Assembly: GCA_013694595.1 (NCBI GenBank)
Contig: JACDCC010000225.1
Location: 18,880-82,879, forward strand
Reading direction: 5' to 3'
Source of the DNA: Chthoniobacterales bacterium
GTDB lineage: Bacteria > Verrucomicrobiota > Verrucomicrobiia > Chthoniobacterales > UBA10450
DNA: 64,000 nucleotides
A program made the translations under genes and the position numbers. Position 1 is the stretch's first letter. Each line of letters begins with the position of its first letter. The notes under the pieces were generated by a model, which worked only from the letters and a program-made list of their open reading frames with translations, did no database searches and was not told where the DNA came from. This document shows, piece after piece, positions 21,084 to 30,735 of this stretch.

Positions 21084-21691
21084 TCTCGAACAGCCCGGTG
21101 CCTCCAGAGCGCTGCGAGTGTCTCCACCTGCTGCGCGAGCGCGGCACGCGTTCCATTATTCCAGACCACGTGGTCGGCGCGGGTGATTTTCTCTGTCAGC
21201 GGCATTTGGGCGGCAATCATTTGTTCAGCGGCGGATCGATCAAGAGAGGAACGCGTCATCAGGCGTTCGAGCTGCACGCGCGCGGAGCAGGCGACCACGA
21301 CGACGCGCTGGCACAGCGTTTCCCCGCCGGTTTCGTATAGAAGTGGAATGTCTGCAAAAAAAGGTCCCGGGGAGGTTCGCCGGCTTTCGGCTTCGATCGC
21401 CCACTGACGCCGGATGCGCGGATGCAGAATCTGCTCGAGCGCGACTTTCTTCCCCGGGTCGGCGAACACTATGGCGCGGAGCTCCGGCCGGTTCAAGTGC
21501 CCCGCCTCCGAATAAATCGCTGCGCCGAACTCCTGTTCAATCAGCGCCCGCACCTCAACATCGTGATGCGTCAGCTCGCGCGCCGCGATGTCGGCATCGA
21601 AGAACGCTGCGTCCGGCAGCAGTTCGCGCAGCTGCTGACTAAATGCGGTTTTCCCGGTGGCGATGCCACCCGTGATCCCGATGACGGACAC
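21080..21691 (-). CDS. coaE: Dephospho-CoA kinase
   Basis: MSVIGITGGIATGKT P-loop. 203 aa. The GTG start shares 1 nt with the secretin stop (TAGTG). Confidence 0.9.
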   Translation of the reverse strand: MSVIGITGGIATGKTAFSQQLRELLPDAAFFDADIAARELTHHDVEVRALIEQEFGAAIYSEAGHLNRPELRAIVFADPGKKVALEQILHPRIRRQWAIEAESRRTSPGPFFADIPLLYETGGETLCQRVVVVACSARVQLERLMTRSSLDRSAAEQMIAAQMPLTEKITRADHVVWNNGTRAALAQQVETLAALWRHRAVRE

Positions 21692-24330
21692 TACTTCTTG
21701 TACATCGGCACCTCGGGCAGCACCGGTGGCTGCACGAAGTCCTCGGTCTCTTCTTCCTCTTCGGTCTGATTCACCAGCTGACCACCCGGGTTCACCAGCC
21801 GCGCGGTGACGAAGATGACGAGGTTGCGCTTGATGTGTTGATCGACAGTGGTGCGGAAGAGACGCCCCACAATGGGGATATCGCCGATGATTGGCGTACG
21901 ATCTTCCACCTTCTGGACGTCCTCGCGCATCAGGCCGCCGAGCACCACGGTTTGTCCATCCCAGACGCTGACGCTCGTGGTAACCTTGCGTGCGCTGAAG
22001 ATCGGCTGGTTGATGATGTTGTCCGTGATCGGAATCTTCGTTGTGCCGAGGATGCTGGTCGTGAAGGTGTTGATCGGGCTGCCGTAGTTGATGAAGCCTT
22101 CGAATTCGACGACCTGCGGCACCAGATTGAGGTCGATCGTGACGCCATCAGGCCCGACAACGGGCTCCACTTCGAGTGTTACCCCAGTGTTCCGGGTCTC
22201 GAAGGCTGTCGGCGTGGTAGGCGTAACAGGAAAAATCGGGGCATTCGAGACGCCGCCGATGATTTCATCCCCCGAATCCAGGCTACCAAAGCGATCTGGG
22301 ATTTTCGGTGGTTCAAACTGTGTCGGGTAGCGGAATTCACGGACAATCTCAATCACGGCACGCTGGCCGCTCTTCGTGGTGACGCGCGGCGCCGAGAGAA
22401 GGTCGACCCCCTTCTTCTGATTCAAGGCGCGGATTACCACCTGAAATTGGGGATCGGTGAAAACGCCGCTGAGTCCAAAAATTCCGGGAGCAAGCGAACT
22501 CGCACCTGGAACGCCAAAGAGAAGAGAATCGATCGCGTTTGCGTTGATCGCGAGATTGCCGCTGCGGTTTCCGCCAGTGACGGGGAACTGACCGACAGGT
22601 GCGCCGCCAGGCTGGATGAATGGGAAGTCGGCTGAATTGATTGGGGGTGATGTGCCCCGAGTTCCGCCGGCGCCGAACACTCTCTCGTTCCCCGCGTTGA
22701 ACTGACCGAGCAGCCAGTCGAATCCGAGCTCCTTAAGATTATTCTGCGTTATCTCGACAAACTTCGCCTCGATTTCCACCTGACGCGGACCCGAAACGTT
22801 GGCCTGCTCAACCAAGGCGTCGACGAGCTCAAGATTATCTTGCGTGTTGCGGACAATAAGTCGGCTGCTCTGTGGCAGGAAATTCGCGCTCGCGCCCTGC
22901 GGGAACGGAACGCCCTGGGCCTCGAGGAACTCCTTTGCCGTCTCGCGATTTACAAGTTGGCGTCCGCCCGTCGATTCCTGCGTGTCTTTCGCAGTTCCGG
23001 TTGGGCCGGTCGCCGCGGGCGCGTTCAGCGAGGAGGACCCGCCAGCATTGAGCGTGCTGCTGATGAATCCGGGTGGAACGCGGTACTCCTTGGTAAGCAA
23101 ATCGGCGCTCAGTTCGGTGACCGGGATGATCGAGACCGCGTAAGGCTCCACCTTCACTTTCAATCCCACCTGGCTGGCGATATAGCGGAGGGCTTCGCCA
23201 AGCGGAATTTGGTTGAGCGTGATCGTGATGCGCGCGTCGCTCGGCGAGACGGCCGGAGGAGCGGCTACTGCCATCGACCCCGGAGGAGGGTTCAGCGGCA
23301 CCGGGGCGGTGTCGTCCGCGCGGGGCAAGGGAGGCGCAGATGTGTCGAGCGACATGGGCGCGGCGGGTGCTTCGATCGCGCGGCTGTTGCCGCTGGTCGT
23401 CAGCCGCAGCACGATGTCGACGCCTTTGCGCCCTTCAGTCGCGGGATCATTCGCGGCAGCTTGCTGGCGTAGGAAGTCCATCGCCTCGCGGATGCTCGCA
23501 TCGCGGAACTCGATCCGCGGAATGATGATGGTGTTGAGCTTGTTAGAAATCCGCGCAGTACCCGTCGCGTCTTTCGCGAAGGCGTCGGTGACGACGTCGG
23601 GGGCACCACCATACTGCCGCACCGGATTTTCCCATCCCTTCTGCACCTGCCACATCGAACGCGAGCGTGCCTCGTTATACGCCTCTTCGCCGTAGCGGGT
23701 CTTCTGGAGGTTAATCTTCTCCTGTCCGCGACGTGCCGCCACGTTGTACGGGTCGAGGTTTAGAATCTGTTCGTATTTCTTGAAGGCCAGATCGTAACGG
23801 CCGCTGTTGTAATAACCGTCTGCATCCGTCAGGAGCTTGCGCACCTCCTCGACCTTTCCGATGAACTTCGGACCCATCGTCCGGTTCATTTGACCGGGCT
23901 CCTGGAGCCGTGCGAGCAACAGCATCGCCGGCCGGCAGTTTGGATCATACCGCTCGCTTAAGATGTCGCGACAGATTGCTTCTGCCTCGGCGTATTTGCC
24001 TTCCTGCACCCGCCGCTCCGCGACCTTTATTCCGCTGGCGCAAAAACCTTCCAGCGCTTCTTCGCGCGACCTGCCGCTGACGACGGCGTCCGGCAGATAC
24101 GTTAGCGCGACACGATACTCTTGGTAAGCGCGGACGTGATCGTTCGCTTCCATCGCAAGTTTCGCCCGCGCGAGTGCCTCACCGCCCTGTGGAAGAGCTG
24201 CTTGGCGTCGCGCGATCTCACGCTCAGCCGCGCGTTGTGGGTTCTGCGCAGAGGCCGCCGGAAGGGAGAGCGCATGCCAGCCAGCCAAGGCCGGAACGAG
24301 TAACGAGAGCCATCGGGATCTTCTTGTCAT
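21691..24330 (-). CDS. Secretin-family outer-membrane channel (type II/III secretion / PilQ-like; Amuc_1098-like) with N-terminal TPR-like region
   Basis: 879 aa. Signal peptide. The C-terminal secretin domain ends VVLGGLMREDVQKVEDRTPIIGDIPIVGRLFRTTVDQHIKRNLVIFVTARLV. Internal Pro/Ala-rich spacer. Confidence 0.85.
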   Translation of the reverse strand: MTRRSRWLSLLVPALAGWHALSLPAASAQNPQRAAEREIARRQAALPQGGEALARAKLAMEANDHVRAYQEYRVALTYLPDAVVSGRSREEALEGFCASGIKVAERRVQEGKYAEAEAICRDILSERYDPNCRPAMLLLARLQEPGQMNRTMGPKFIGKVEEVRKLLTDADGYYNSGRYDLAFKKYEQILNLDPYNVAARRGQEKINLQKTRYGEEAYNEARSRSMWQVQKGWENPVRQYGGAPDVVTDAFAKDATGTARISNKLNTIIIPRIEFRDASIREAMDFLRQQAAANDPATEGRKGVDIVLRLTTSGNSRAIEAPAAPMSLDTSAPPLPRADDTAPVPLNPPPGSMAVAAPPAVSPSDARITITLNQIPLGEALRYIASQVGLKVKVEPYAVSIIPVTELSADLLTKEYRVPPGFISSTLNAGGSSSLNAPAATGPTGTAKDTQESTGGRQLVNRETAKEFLEAQGVPFPQGASANFLPQSSRLIVRNTQDNLELVDALVEQANVSGPRQVEIEAKFVEITQNNLKELGFDWLLGQFNAGNERVFGAGGTRGTSPPINSADFPFIQPGGAPVGQFPVTGGNRSGNLAINANAIDSLLFGVPGASSLAPGIFGLSGVFTDPQFQVVIRALNQKKGVDLLSAPRVTTKSGQRAVIEIVREFRYPTQFEPPKIPDRFGSLDSGDEIIGGVSNAPIFPVTPTTPTAFETRNTGVTLEVEPVVGPDGVTIDLNLVPQVVEFEGFINYGSPINTFTTSILGTTKIPITDNIINQPIFSARKVTTSVSVWDGQTVVLGGLMREDVQKVEDRTPIIGDIPIVGRLFRTTVDQHIKRNLVIFVTARLVNPGGQLVNQTEEEEETEDFVQPPVLPEVPMYKK

Positions 24331-24349
24331 CGCGAAGGGGGAATAGCGG

Positions 24350-25291
24350 CTACGATGTGAGCAGCGGAATATCGATCCGCTCCTGCGGTTTTTGCGTGTT
24401 GACGATGACCGCTTTGTCCGGCTGAACGTCGATCAGCTTGTATCTGATTCTCTGTTCCGGCGGCAATGAAAATTCCTGGTCTTTTTTCACCGAAAACTCA
24501 CGCCGTTCGCGCCAGGTGTAGACAAAATTCGCGACAGATTCCGGGGAGATCATGATCTTCTCCTTCACGAGCTTCAGCCGCTCGCGGGTCTCCTGGTTCT
24601 CGAGGGTGAGCTCAGAGACGTCCACATCGGTGCCGTATTGGTTCGGCTCATATTTTTCAGCGAACTCGACGATCGTGAACTTCGTCCCGCGGATCGCGTC
24701 ACCGACCTTGAGGAACTGCGTCGGCTCGCGCAGATCGCTGGTGTTGATGCCGAACGCGTCGCCCGTCCAGGAAGCGAACACGAGCCGAAACGGCTCTCGC
24801 GAAAAGGACTTCATCTTGAGCTTCGCCAGGAATGGCGGGTGCGAATTCTTATCAGTGGGCGTCGTGCGCGCCTGCCACTCCTCGAGATTCGGGAAGCCAT
24901 CTTCGTCGGGATCCTGCGAGAGGACATTCGCGTCCGCGATTGGGAGCGCGAACTGCTCCAGCCAGTCGTTAGGCACGGGCGGATGGACTTCCGTGGTCTG
25001 CAGCGTCGCTGGGAGCCCGTCCGGTCCGATGAAGTGCTTTTCCGGCACGAAAAGCCCGGAGCGTCCGCTGAAGGTCCACTGCGGCGGCTGGCGCAGTTTC
25101 GTGGCGGCCGCTTCCAGTTCGAGCGCTTTGGCTGGAGGCGCGGCAGCTTTCGCCGGGCCGGGAGCCTGCAAGGCCGCGAAGTTGGCGTCGAAGGTCGCAG
25201 CGCTGCGCCAGATGAAGAAGGCGCAAAGGAGAAGAAACAGCACCGCGGCGGAGAGCGCGACGCGTTCATAGTTTTCGCGAAACCAATTCAT
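24350..25291 (-). CDS. Bitopic membrane protein of the pilus-like cluster (Amuc_1099-position homologue)
   Basis: MNWFRENYERVALSAAVLFLLLCAFFIW N-terminal anchor from ATG 25291. Large periplasmic domain. Sits between the Amuc_1100-like gene and the secretin. Confidence 0.6.
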   Translation of the reverse strand: MNWFRENYERVALSAAVLFLLLCAFFIWRSAATFDANFAALQAPGPAKAAAPPAKALELEAAATKLRQPPQWTFSGRSGLFVPEKHFIGPDGLPATLQTTEVHPPVPNDWLEQFALPIADANVLSQDPDEDGFPNLEEWQARTTPTDKNSHPPFLAKLKMKSFSREPFRLVFASWTGDAFGINTSDLREPTQFLKVGDAIRGTKFTIVEFAEKYEPNQYGTDVDVSELTLENQETRERLKLVKEKIMISPESVANFVYTWRERREFSVKKDQEFSLPPEQRIRYKLIDVQPDKAVIVNTQKPQERIDIPLLTS

Positions 25292-25307
25292 GTGGTGGAG
25301 CCGCAAC

Positions 25308-26207
25308 TCAAAACGTGAACCGAAGCATCTCGATACGGGCGGAGGTTTGCACGCGTTCGTTGCCGACGATGAAGGTTAAGCCGGACGGCCCAGGAGCTCC
25401 CGGCAGCTGCGCCGTGGTCGAAGCCATCGGTGCCGCAGCTGCATCCGGCTCGCGCGCAGGACCTTTGTCCTTCTCGTTCAAGACGTGGAGCGTGCGCACG
25501 ATATAAAACTGCTGATTCACCGCGGCGATTCGATTCAAGACCCGCCGCGCCGCTCCCGGATTTGAGACGAAACTCACGTCGACAACCGTGCGCTCAATCA
25601 ACTGAGGCCCGTCAACCGCGGGCGGCTTGCGCGGTCCGGTTGGTGAAGGCACCGCGGCCGGGGTCTTACGCTGTTCGGTCGCCGCGACTCGGCGTAACGC
25701 GGTCACCGACTCCACCCGCGCGTCGAGCAAGATGTTCAGCAGCAGTTCCACCTGTGCCAGCTGCTGACCAAGCACTGGCGCAGCTGCTGTGTCCGGCAGC
25801 GCGGCCGCGAACTCGTCGAAGCCAAGGAAGAAGTTGTCCGGCAGCTTCACACGACTCGCCCGCGCTTTGTCGCCCAGCGCGGTCATTGCCTGTCGGAGCC
25901 GCGCCTGGAATTCGTTAGGCGCCATCCGAGTGACCGGCAGCACGCGGGTTTTCAGCTCTTCCTTCAGCTTGTTCAACTCCGTGGCGTAATCCTCCGCCTG
26001 CGTCTTCATCTTCCGGAGGTTCACTTCGCTCGGAAATGGGGTGAGCCGCTGCAGCCGGTTCAGCTCAGCGGCGTTCTCGTCAAAGCGTGCCTTCGCTTCG
26101 TCGAACGCGCCTTTCGAGCTCCAGGGAAAGTATGACGAGCCCAGAGCGGCCAACCCGAACGCCAGCAGAAAAGTGCCGAGGAACCGATTTTGCCTGAACC
26201 AGTTCAT
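25308..26207 (-). CDS. Amuc_1100-like (PilO-like) membrane-anchored protein
   Basis: MNWFRQNRFLGTFLLAFGLAAL anchor, then a coiled coil. Blocks NEFQARLRQAM, FFLGFDEF, LGQQLAQVELLLNILL, QQFYIVRTLHVLNE and a C-terminal ARIEMLRFTF line up with blocks I recall from Akkermansia Amuc_1100 (ELKTFRDSL, LGFQVY, LGFELKAINSLVNKL, DYLFTVNSIRIRNE, VSLNLVHF). 4-nt overlap with the upstream gene. Confidence 0.65.
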   Translation of the reverse strand: MNWFRQNRFLGTFLLAFGLAALGSSYFPWSSKGAFDEAKARFDENAAELNRLQRLTPFPSEVNLRKMKTQAEDYATELNKLKEELKTRVLPVTRMAPNEFQARLRQAMTALGDKARASRVKLPDNFFLGFDEFAAALPDTAAAPVLGQQLAQVELLLNILLDARVESVTALRRVAATEQRKTPAAVPSPTGPRKPPAVDGPQLIERTVVDVSFVSNPGAARRVLNRIAAVNQQFYIVRTLHVLNEKDKGPAREPDAAAAPMASTTAQLPGAPGPSGLTFIVGNERVQTSARIEMLRFTF

Positions 26208-27970
26208 GGAAGCTTCACCGGCTTTTTCAGGTCGAGGCGCAATTCATACGGAAACGCCCACTCGGTGTTATTCGGCGTCGTCGGCCTGATCACTTTCGCC
26301 TGGTTGTTCGGATCGATCGCGAAATACGGCGAAGCCACCAGATTGCGGAAATAATCGACCACCACCTCCTGCTGCCTCGGGTTGAATAGGTAGAGGCCGC
26401 GCACAAAGATCCCGTCGATCGCCGGCTCGGCCAGCGTGGCCGGCTTGCCAGGTCCGCGCGTGGGCGACGGTGTGGGCGTTGGTGGCGGCGTGCTTTCCGC
26501 GCGTCCGGCGCGCAGCTCCCCTCCTCCCACCGGCTTGCCTCCTGATGTGGCGACCAATTCCGTAATCCAAATGTGTTCCCTTGGCAGGCGCGCATTCAGG
26601 TCTTCGATGATTTCCGGCCAGAAACTGCGGTCATTCACCGCGGCCGTCAGCGGGACAGCGATGCTGTCGAGAGCGGCGGTCTGTTTGCGCAGGTTGTCCA
26701 TCTGCGCTGCCACGCGTCGCATTCCGTCCACCTTCTCTGCGAGTCGCTCCGCCGCCTGCCGTTCCACCGCTGCGGCGCGCGCGTAATAGAACCCCCAGCC
26801 GAGCAGCCCGAGGATCAAACACGCAGCAGCGAGCACCAGGAAAGGCCGACGCTTCGCGAGCTGGTGCGTCCGCACGGCACTCACCGGCCGCAAGTTCAAC
26901 TCCATCGGGCAAGTGGTGATACTGCGCAGCGCCAGGCCCACCAGCTCGCCGAGCAGATGAGCAGAGCGGGCGACCTCCACGGGGTTCACAGTCTCTGCGA
27001 CCGCGACATTGCCGAGCGGGTTAAAGAACTCGATCGGCAATTGAAGCTTCTCATGAAAGAACTCCCGCATGTAGGGCATGCTCGCGCTGCCGCCACAGAG
27101 GAAGACACGGGCCGGTGCGCTGCCCTGCTGTTGCGCGCGATAGTGACTGATGGAACGCATCAATTCCGCGTGCAGACGCGTCATCGTGCTGCGGACGATC
27201 TTCGACACGCGCGCAACATCGGGATCATCCGGCTCCGCATAGCCGCCACCGAGACTAACGAACGCGTCGCGTTTTTTCCGGAATTCCGCCGCGCCGAGCG
27301 ACTCACTGAATTCCTTCGCGAGCGCCGCTGTGACGTAGGCGCCACCGATCGGCACACTGCGCGAAAAGACTTTGCCGGGTTCGATGAAGAGGAGGTTCGT
27401 GGTGCGCGCGCCGATGTCGAAGAGCATCGAGCAGTCACTTAGCTCGCTGTAATTGTAGCGAAACGCATTGTAGAGCTCCATCGATGCGACGCTCACGATG
27501 GTGGTCTGCAACCCCGCGGCCTCGACGGCGCCGTTAATGCTTTCGAGCAGATTGGATTTGATCGCCACCAGGACCACCTGGATTTGCTCGTCCGAGCCGC
27601 TGCCGACGAGCTGGTAATCCCAAACCACTTCCTCGATCGGGAACGGCACGTTCTGCTGCGCTTCGAAGGTGATGATGCGCTCGATCTTCTCTTCTTCGAC
27701 CGCGGGCAGCTTCACGAAGCGCGCGAACACCGACTGCGCGGGAACGCTGTAGTTGACGGCGCTGCGTTTGATCCCGAGCTCGCTGAGCATCTCACCCGCC
27801 GCCGCACTCATCTGGGCGTTGCGCGCGGCTTCGTTCCCGCCGTCGCCGAGGATCTCGCGCAGCTGATAGCCGGCCAGCACCAAGCCGCCGTTGGGCTGAG
27901 TGCGGAACTCCGCCAACCCCACGGTTTGCGAACCGAGGTTGAGAGTGACGATTCGCGTCGCAGCGGCCAT
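26204..27970 (-). CDS. pilM: PilM-like actin-fold ATPase fused to a PilN-like transmembrane/coiled-coil region (Amuc_1101-like)
   Basis: N-terminal RIVTLNLGSQTVGLAEF...MLFDIGARTTNLLFIE...VFLCGGSASMPYM (FtsA/PilM fold). Transmembrane segment RRPFLVLAAACLILGLLGWGFYYA. 588 aa. Confidence 0.75.
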   Translation of the reverse strand: MAAATRIVTLNLGSQTVGLAEFRTQPNGGLVLAGYQLREILGDGGNEAARNAQMSAAAGEMLSELGIKRSAVNYSVPAQSVFARFVKLPAVEEEKIERIITFEAQQNVPFPIEEVVWDYQLVGSGSDEQIQVVLVAIKSNLLESINGAVEAAGLQTTIVSVASMELYNAFRYNYSELSDCSMLFDIGARTTNLLFIEPGKVFSRSVPIGGAYVTAALAKEFSESLGAAEFRKKRDAFVSLGGGYAEPDDPDVARVSKIVRSTMTRLHAELMRSISHYRAQQQGSAPARVFLCGGSASMPYMREFFHEKLQLPIEFFNPLGNVAVAETVNPVEVARSAHLLGELVGLALRSITTCPMELNLRPVSAVRTHQLAKRRPFLVLAAACLILGLLGWGFYYARAAAVERQAAERLAEKVDGMRRVAAQMDNLRKQTAALDSIAVPLTAAVNDRSFWPEIIEDLNARLPREHIWITELVATSGGKPVGGGELRAGRAESTPPPTPTPSPTRGPGKPATLAEPAIDGIFVRGLYLFNPRQQEVVVDYFRNLVASPYFAIDPNNQAKVIRPTTPNNTEWAFPYELRLDLKKPVKLP

Positions 27971-27980
27971 CGCGGGCGAT

Positions 27981-28562
27981 CTACCGCGCCGAAGTTTTGA
28001 TCTGCACGTAACGATCCCAATACAACGGCGCGAACGGCGTCTCGTTCTTGTTCAGGAGCAGGCTGCCGACCTGCGGCATCGTACCGTACCAGTTAGCGGC
28101 CGCACGTTCGAGGCTCATCTCGTGCTTCACCGCGCCTTGCTGCACGATCTGCACCGCGATGTTCTGAATCGCATTCGCGGTCATCGGTTTATTGCCGAGC
28201 AGCCGGGCGATCGTCCGCGGCGGCAGGTACATCACGGAGCGGTTCTCGCGCCCGGCGGGGATATTGACGTGACTCACCTCGCCTGTGAGGAGCTTGCCGT
28301 TGAAGAGGATGAAGTATTTGAACGTGAGTTCGTCGGTGTGCTCCGGCGCAGCGGCGAAATCGACTTCTACTTCCAGCCATCTGTCGCGTGACTCTGCCCG
28401 GTATTGTTGCGCGCCGTTGTAGGTGAACTCCGGCGTCGCGATCAGGCTCCGAGAGATCTTTGTGACCTGAAACTCTGCGCCCTGTCGCGGAGCTTGCGCG
28501 AACAGGCCGGCAGCACCAGCAGCGAGCGTCGCGAGGACGATCAGAAACGGCCTGCTTCTCAT
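27981..28562 (-). CDS. Secreted protein, first gene of the pilus-like cluster (Amuc_1102-position homologue)
   Basis: Signal peptide MRSRPFLIVLATLAAGAAGLFAQA. 193 aa. The call rests on position and size; no motif was recognised by eye. Confidence 0.5.
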   Translation of the reverse strand: MRSRPFLIVLATLAAGAAGLFAQAPRQGAEFQVTKISRSLIATPEFTYNGAQQYRAESRDRWLEVEVDFAAAPEHTDELTFKYFILFNGKLLTGEVSHVNIPAGRENRSVMYLPPRTIARLLGNKPMTANAIQNIAVQIVQQGAVKHEMSLERAAANWYGTMPQVGSLLLNKNETPFAPLYWDRYVQIKTSAR

Positions 28563-28599
28563 ACAATGCTGGGCACCGCGCGGCTGGCAGCCCGGAATC

Positions 28600-29592
28600 T
28601 CAGGAGGTCATTTTGCTCATGCGTTCGCCGAGCTGCCCGCGCTCCAGGCAGCCCCGGAAATACTCGATCGTCTGCGTGATTCCTGCCTCGAAATCGACCC
28701 GCGGCTCCCAGCCGAGCACCGCTTTCGCGCGGGTGATATCCGGCTGGCGCACCTTCGGATCATCCACCGGTAGCGGCTTGTGCTCGATCTGCGCGGTCGT
28801 GCCGGTGATGCGGATGATCTCCTCCGCGAATTGCATGATCGTCATCTCGCGCGGATTCCCGATGTTCACCGGCTCGTGGAAATCGCTCATCGCGAGCCGG
28901 AAAATCCCGTCGATGAGATCCGAGACATAACAGAACGAGCGCGTCTGTGAACCATCGCCGAACATGGTCAGAGGTGTGTTACTGAGCGCTTGGCCGATGA
29001 ACGCCGGCACCACCCGGCCGTCCCGCAGTCGCATACGCGGCCCGTAGGTATTGAAGATGCGGACGATCTTCGTGTCCATCCCGTGATAGCGGTGATACGC
29101 CATCGTCATCGCTTCCGCGAAGCGCTTCGCTTCATCGTAAACGCCGCGCGGTCCGATCGGGTTCACGTTGCCCCAGTAGTCTTCTGTCTGAGGATGAACG
29201 AGCGGATCGCCGTAGCACTCTGACGTCGACGCGAGCAGGAACGTCGCCCCTTTCGCTTTCGCGAGGCCAAGCGCGTTGTGGGTGCCGAGCGCGTTGACTT
29301 TCAGCGTCGGAATCGGGAGCTCGAGGTAATCGATCGGGCTCGCCGGCGAAGCGAAGTGAAAAAGATAATCGAGCTTCTCCTCCGGCAGGAAGATGTAGTC
29401 CGAGACGTTGTGGCGGACGAACCGGTAGTTCTCGTGGCCCGCGAGGTGCTCGATATTCGCGAGATTCCCGGTGACGAGGTTGTCGATCGCAATCACGCGA
29501 TGGCCTTCGGCGAGCAGCCGGTCCGTCAGATGTGAACCGAGAAAACCGGCGCCACCGGTCACCACGGAGATTGGTTGAGAAGTGGCTGCCAT
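28600..29592 (-). CDS. UDP-glucuronate decarboxylase (UDP-xylose synthase), SDR family
   Basis: [28 protein letters not shown] catalytic motif, [12 protein letters not shown]. These are typical UXS signatures. Confidence 0.85.
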   Translation of the reverse strand: MAATSQPISVVTGGAGFLGSHLTDRLLAEGHRVIAIDNLVTGNLANIEHLAGHENYRFVRHNVSDYIFLPEEKLDYLFHFASPASPIDYLELPIPTLKVNALGTHNALGLAKAKGATFLLASTSECYGDPLVHPQTEDYWGNVNPIGPRGVYDEAKRFAEAMTMAYHRYHGMDTKIVRIFNTYGPRMRLRDGRVVPAFIGQALSNTPLTMFGDGSQTRSFCYVSDLIDGIFRLAMSDFHEPVNIGNPREMTIMQFAEEIIRITGTTAQIEHKPLPVDDPKVRQPDITRAKAVLGWEPRVDFEAGITQTIEYFRGCLERGQLGERMSKMTS

Positions 29593-29751
29593 GTTGGGCT
29601 GTATTTACGTGGTGCCGCGCAGGTTTGGCGAGAGAATTTGCCATCGCCTGCTCCGCATCCCCTCGTCGCCCAACTCAGCGCTGAACGTTGAGCGTTGGAC
29701 CCATTCGACTTGCGCTCACGGCCGGCTGTTGAAACGTTCTGCCCCTTCGCC

Positions 29752-30711
29752 ATGCGCATCCTTTCCGGCATTCAACCCAGTGGCGTTCTCCACATCGGGA
29801 ACTACTTCGGCATGATGCGCGCGGCGATCGCGTTGCAGGCTGAAGGCGAGGCGTTCTACTTCGTAGCCGATTATCACGCGCTGACGAGTCTGCAGAATCC
29901 AAAAGCGATGCGCGAAAACAGCCACCGCGTGGCCCTCGATTTTCTGGCGTGCGGGCTTGATCCCGACCGCGCCGCGCTTTTCCGCCAATCGGACGTGCCG
30001 CAGGTGACGGAGCTCGCCTGGATCCTCGGGACCGTCACTCCGTTCTCGCGCCTCGAGCTGGCGCATTCCTACAAGGACAAAGTCGCCCGCGGTGTGGCCG
30101 CGTCCGCGGGTCTGTTCACCTACCCCGTGCTGATGGCCGCTGATATTTTGATCTACGACAGCGACGTCGTGCCGGTCGGGAAAGATCAGAAGCAACACAT
30201 CGAGATCACGCGCGATATCGCGACCCGCATCAATGAGACGTTCGGCGAAGTGTTCAAGCTGCCGGAGCCGCGCATCCAGTCGTCGACTGAAACAGTGCCG
30301 GGTCTCGATGGGCAAAAGATGAGCAAGAGCTACGGCAACACGATCGACATTTTCGGTGAGGAAAAAGAGACGCGGAAACGCATCATGAGCATCGTGACCG
30401 ATTCGACGCCCGTTGAGGCGCCGAAGAATCCCGACACTTCATCGATCGTGCAGCTCTACTCCCTCTTCGCCACGGAAGCGGAAGTCGCAGCGATGAAAAA
30501 GCGCTTCGTGGCCGGCGGAACCGGATACGGCGACTTCAAGAAACAGCTGTTCAGCGCGCTGTGGGATTACTTCGCACCGATGCGCGCCCGGCGTGCTGAG
30601 ATTCTCGCGGAGCCGAGCTACGTGGATGAGGTGCTCGCCCGCGGCGCGGAGCGCGCGAACGCGATCGCCGACCGCGTGATGTCGCGGGTGCGCGCGGCGG
30701 TGGGATTGTAA
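29752..30711 (+). CDS. trpS: Tryptophan--tRNA ligase
   Basis: MRILSGIQPSGVLHIGNYFG (HIGH-type motif) and KMSKS. Start ATG 29752 inside track ORF 29695..30711. Confidence 0.93.
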   Translation: MRILSGIQPSGVLHIGNYFGMMRAAIALQAEGEAFYFVADYHALTSLQNPKAMRENSHRVALDFLACGLDPDRAALFRQSDVPQVTELAWILGTVTPFSRLELAHSYKDKVARGVAASAGLFTYPVLMAADILIYDSDVVPVGKDQKQHIEITRDIATRINETFGEVFKLPEPRIQSSTETVPGLDGQKMSKSYGNTIDIFGEEKETRKRIMSIVTDSTPVEAPKNPDTSSIVQLYSLFATEAEVAAMKKRFVAGGTGYGDFKKQLFSALWDYFAPMRARRAEILAEPSYVDEVLARGAERANAIADRVMSRVRAAVGL

Positions 30712-30735
30712 GCACCTCGCGCAGCACGCGCTCGC

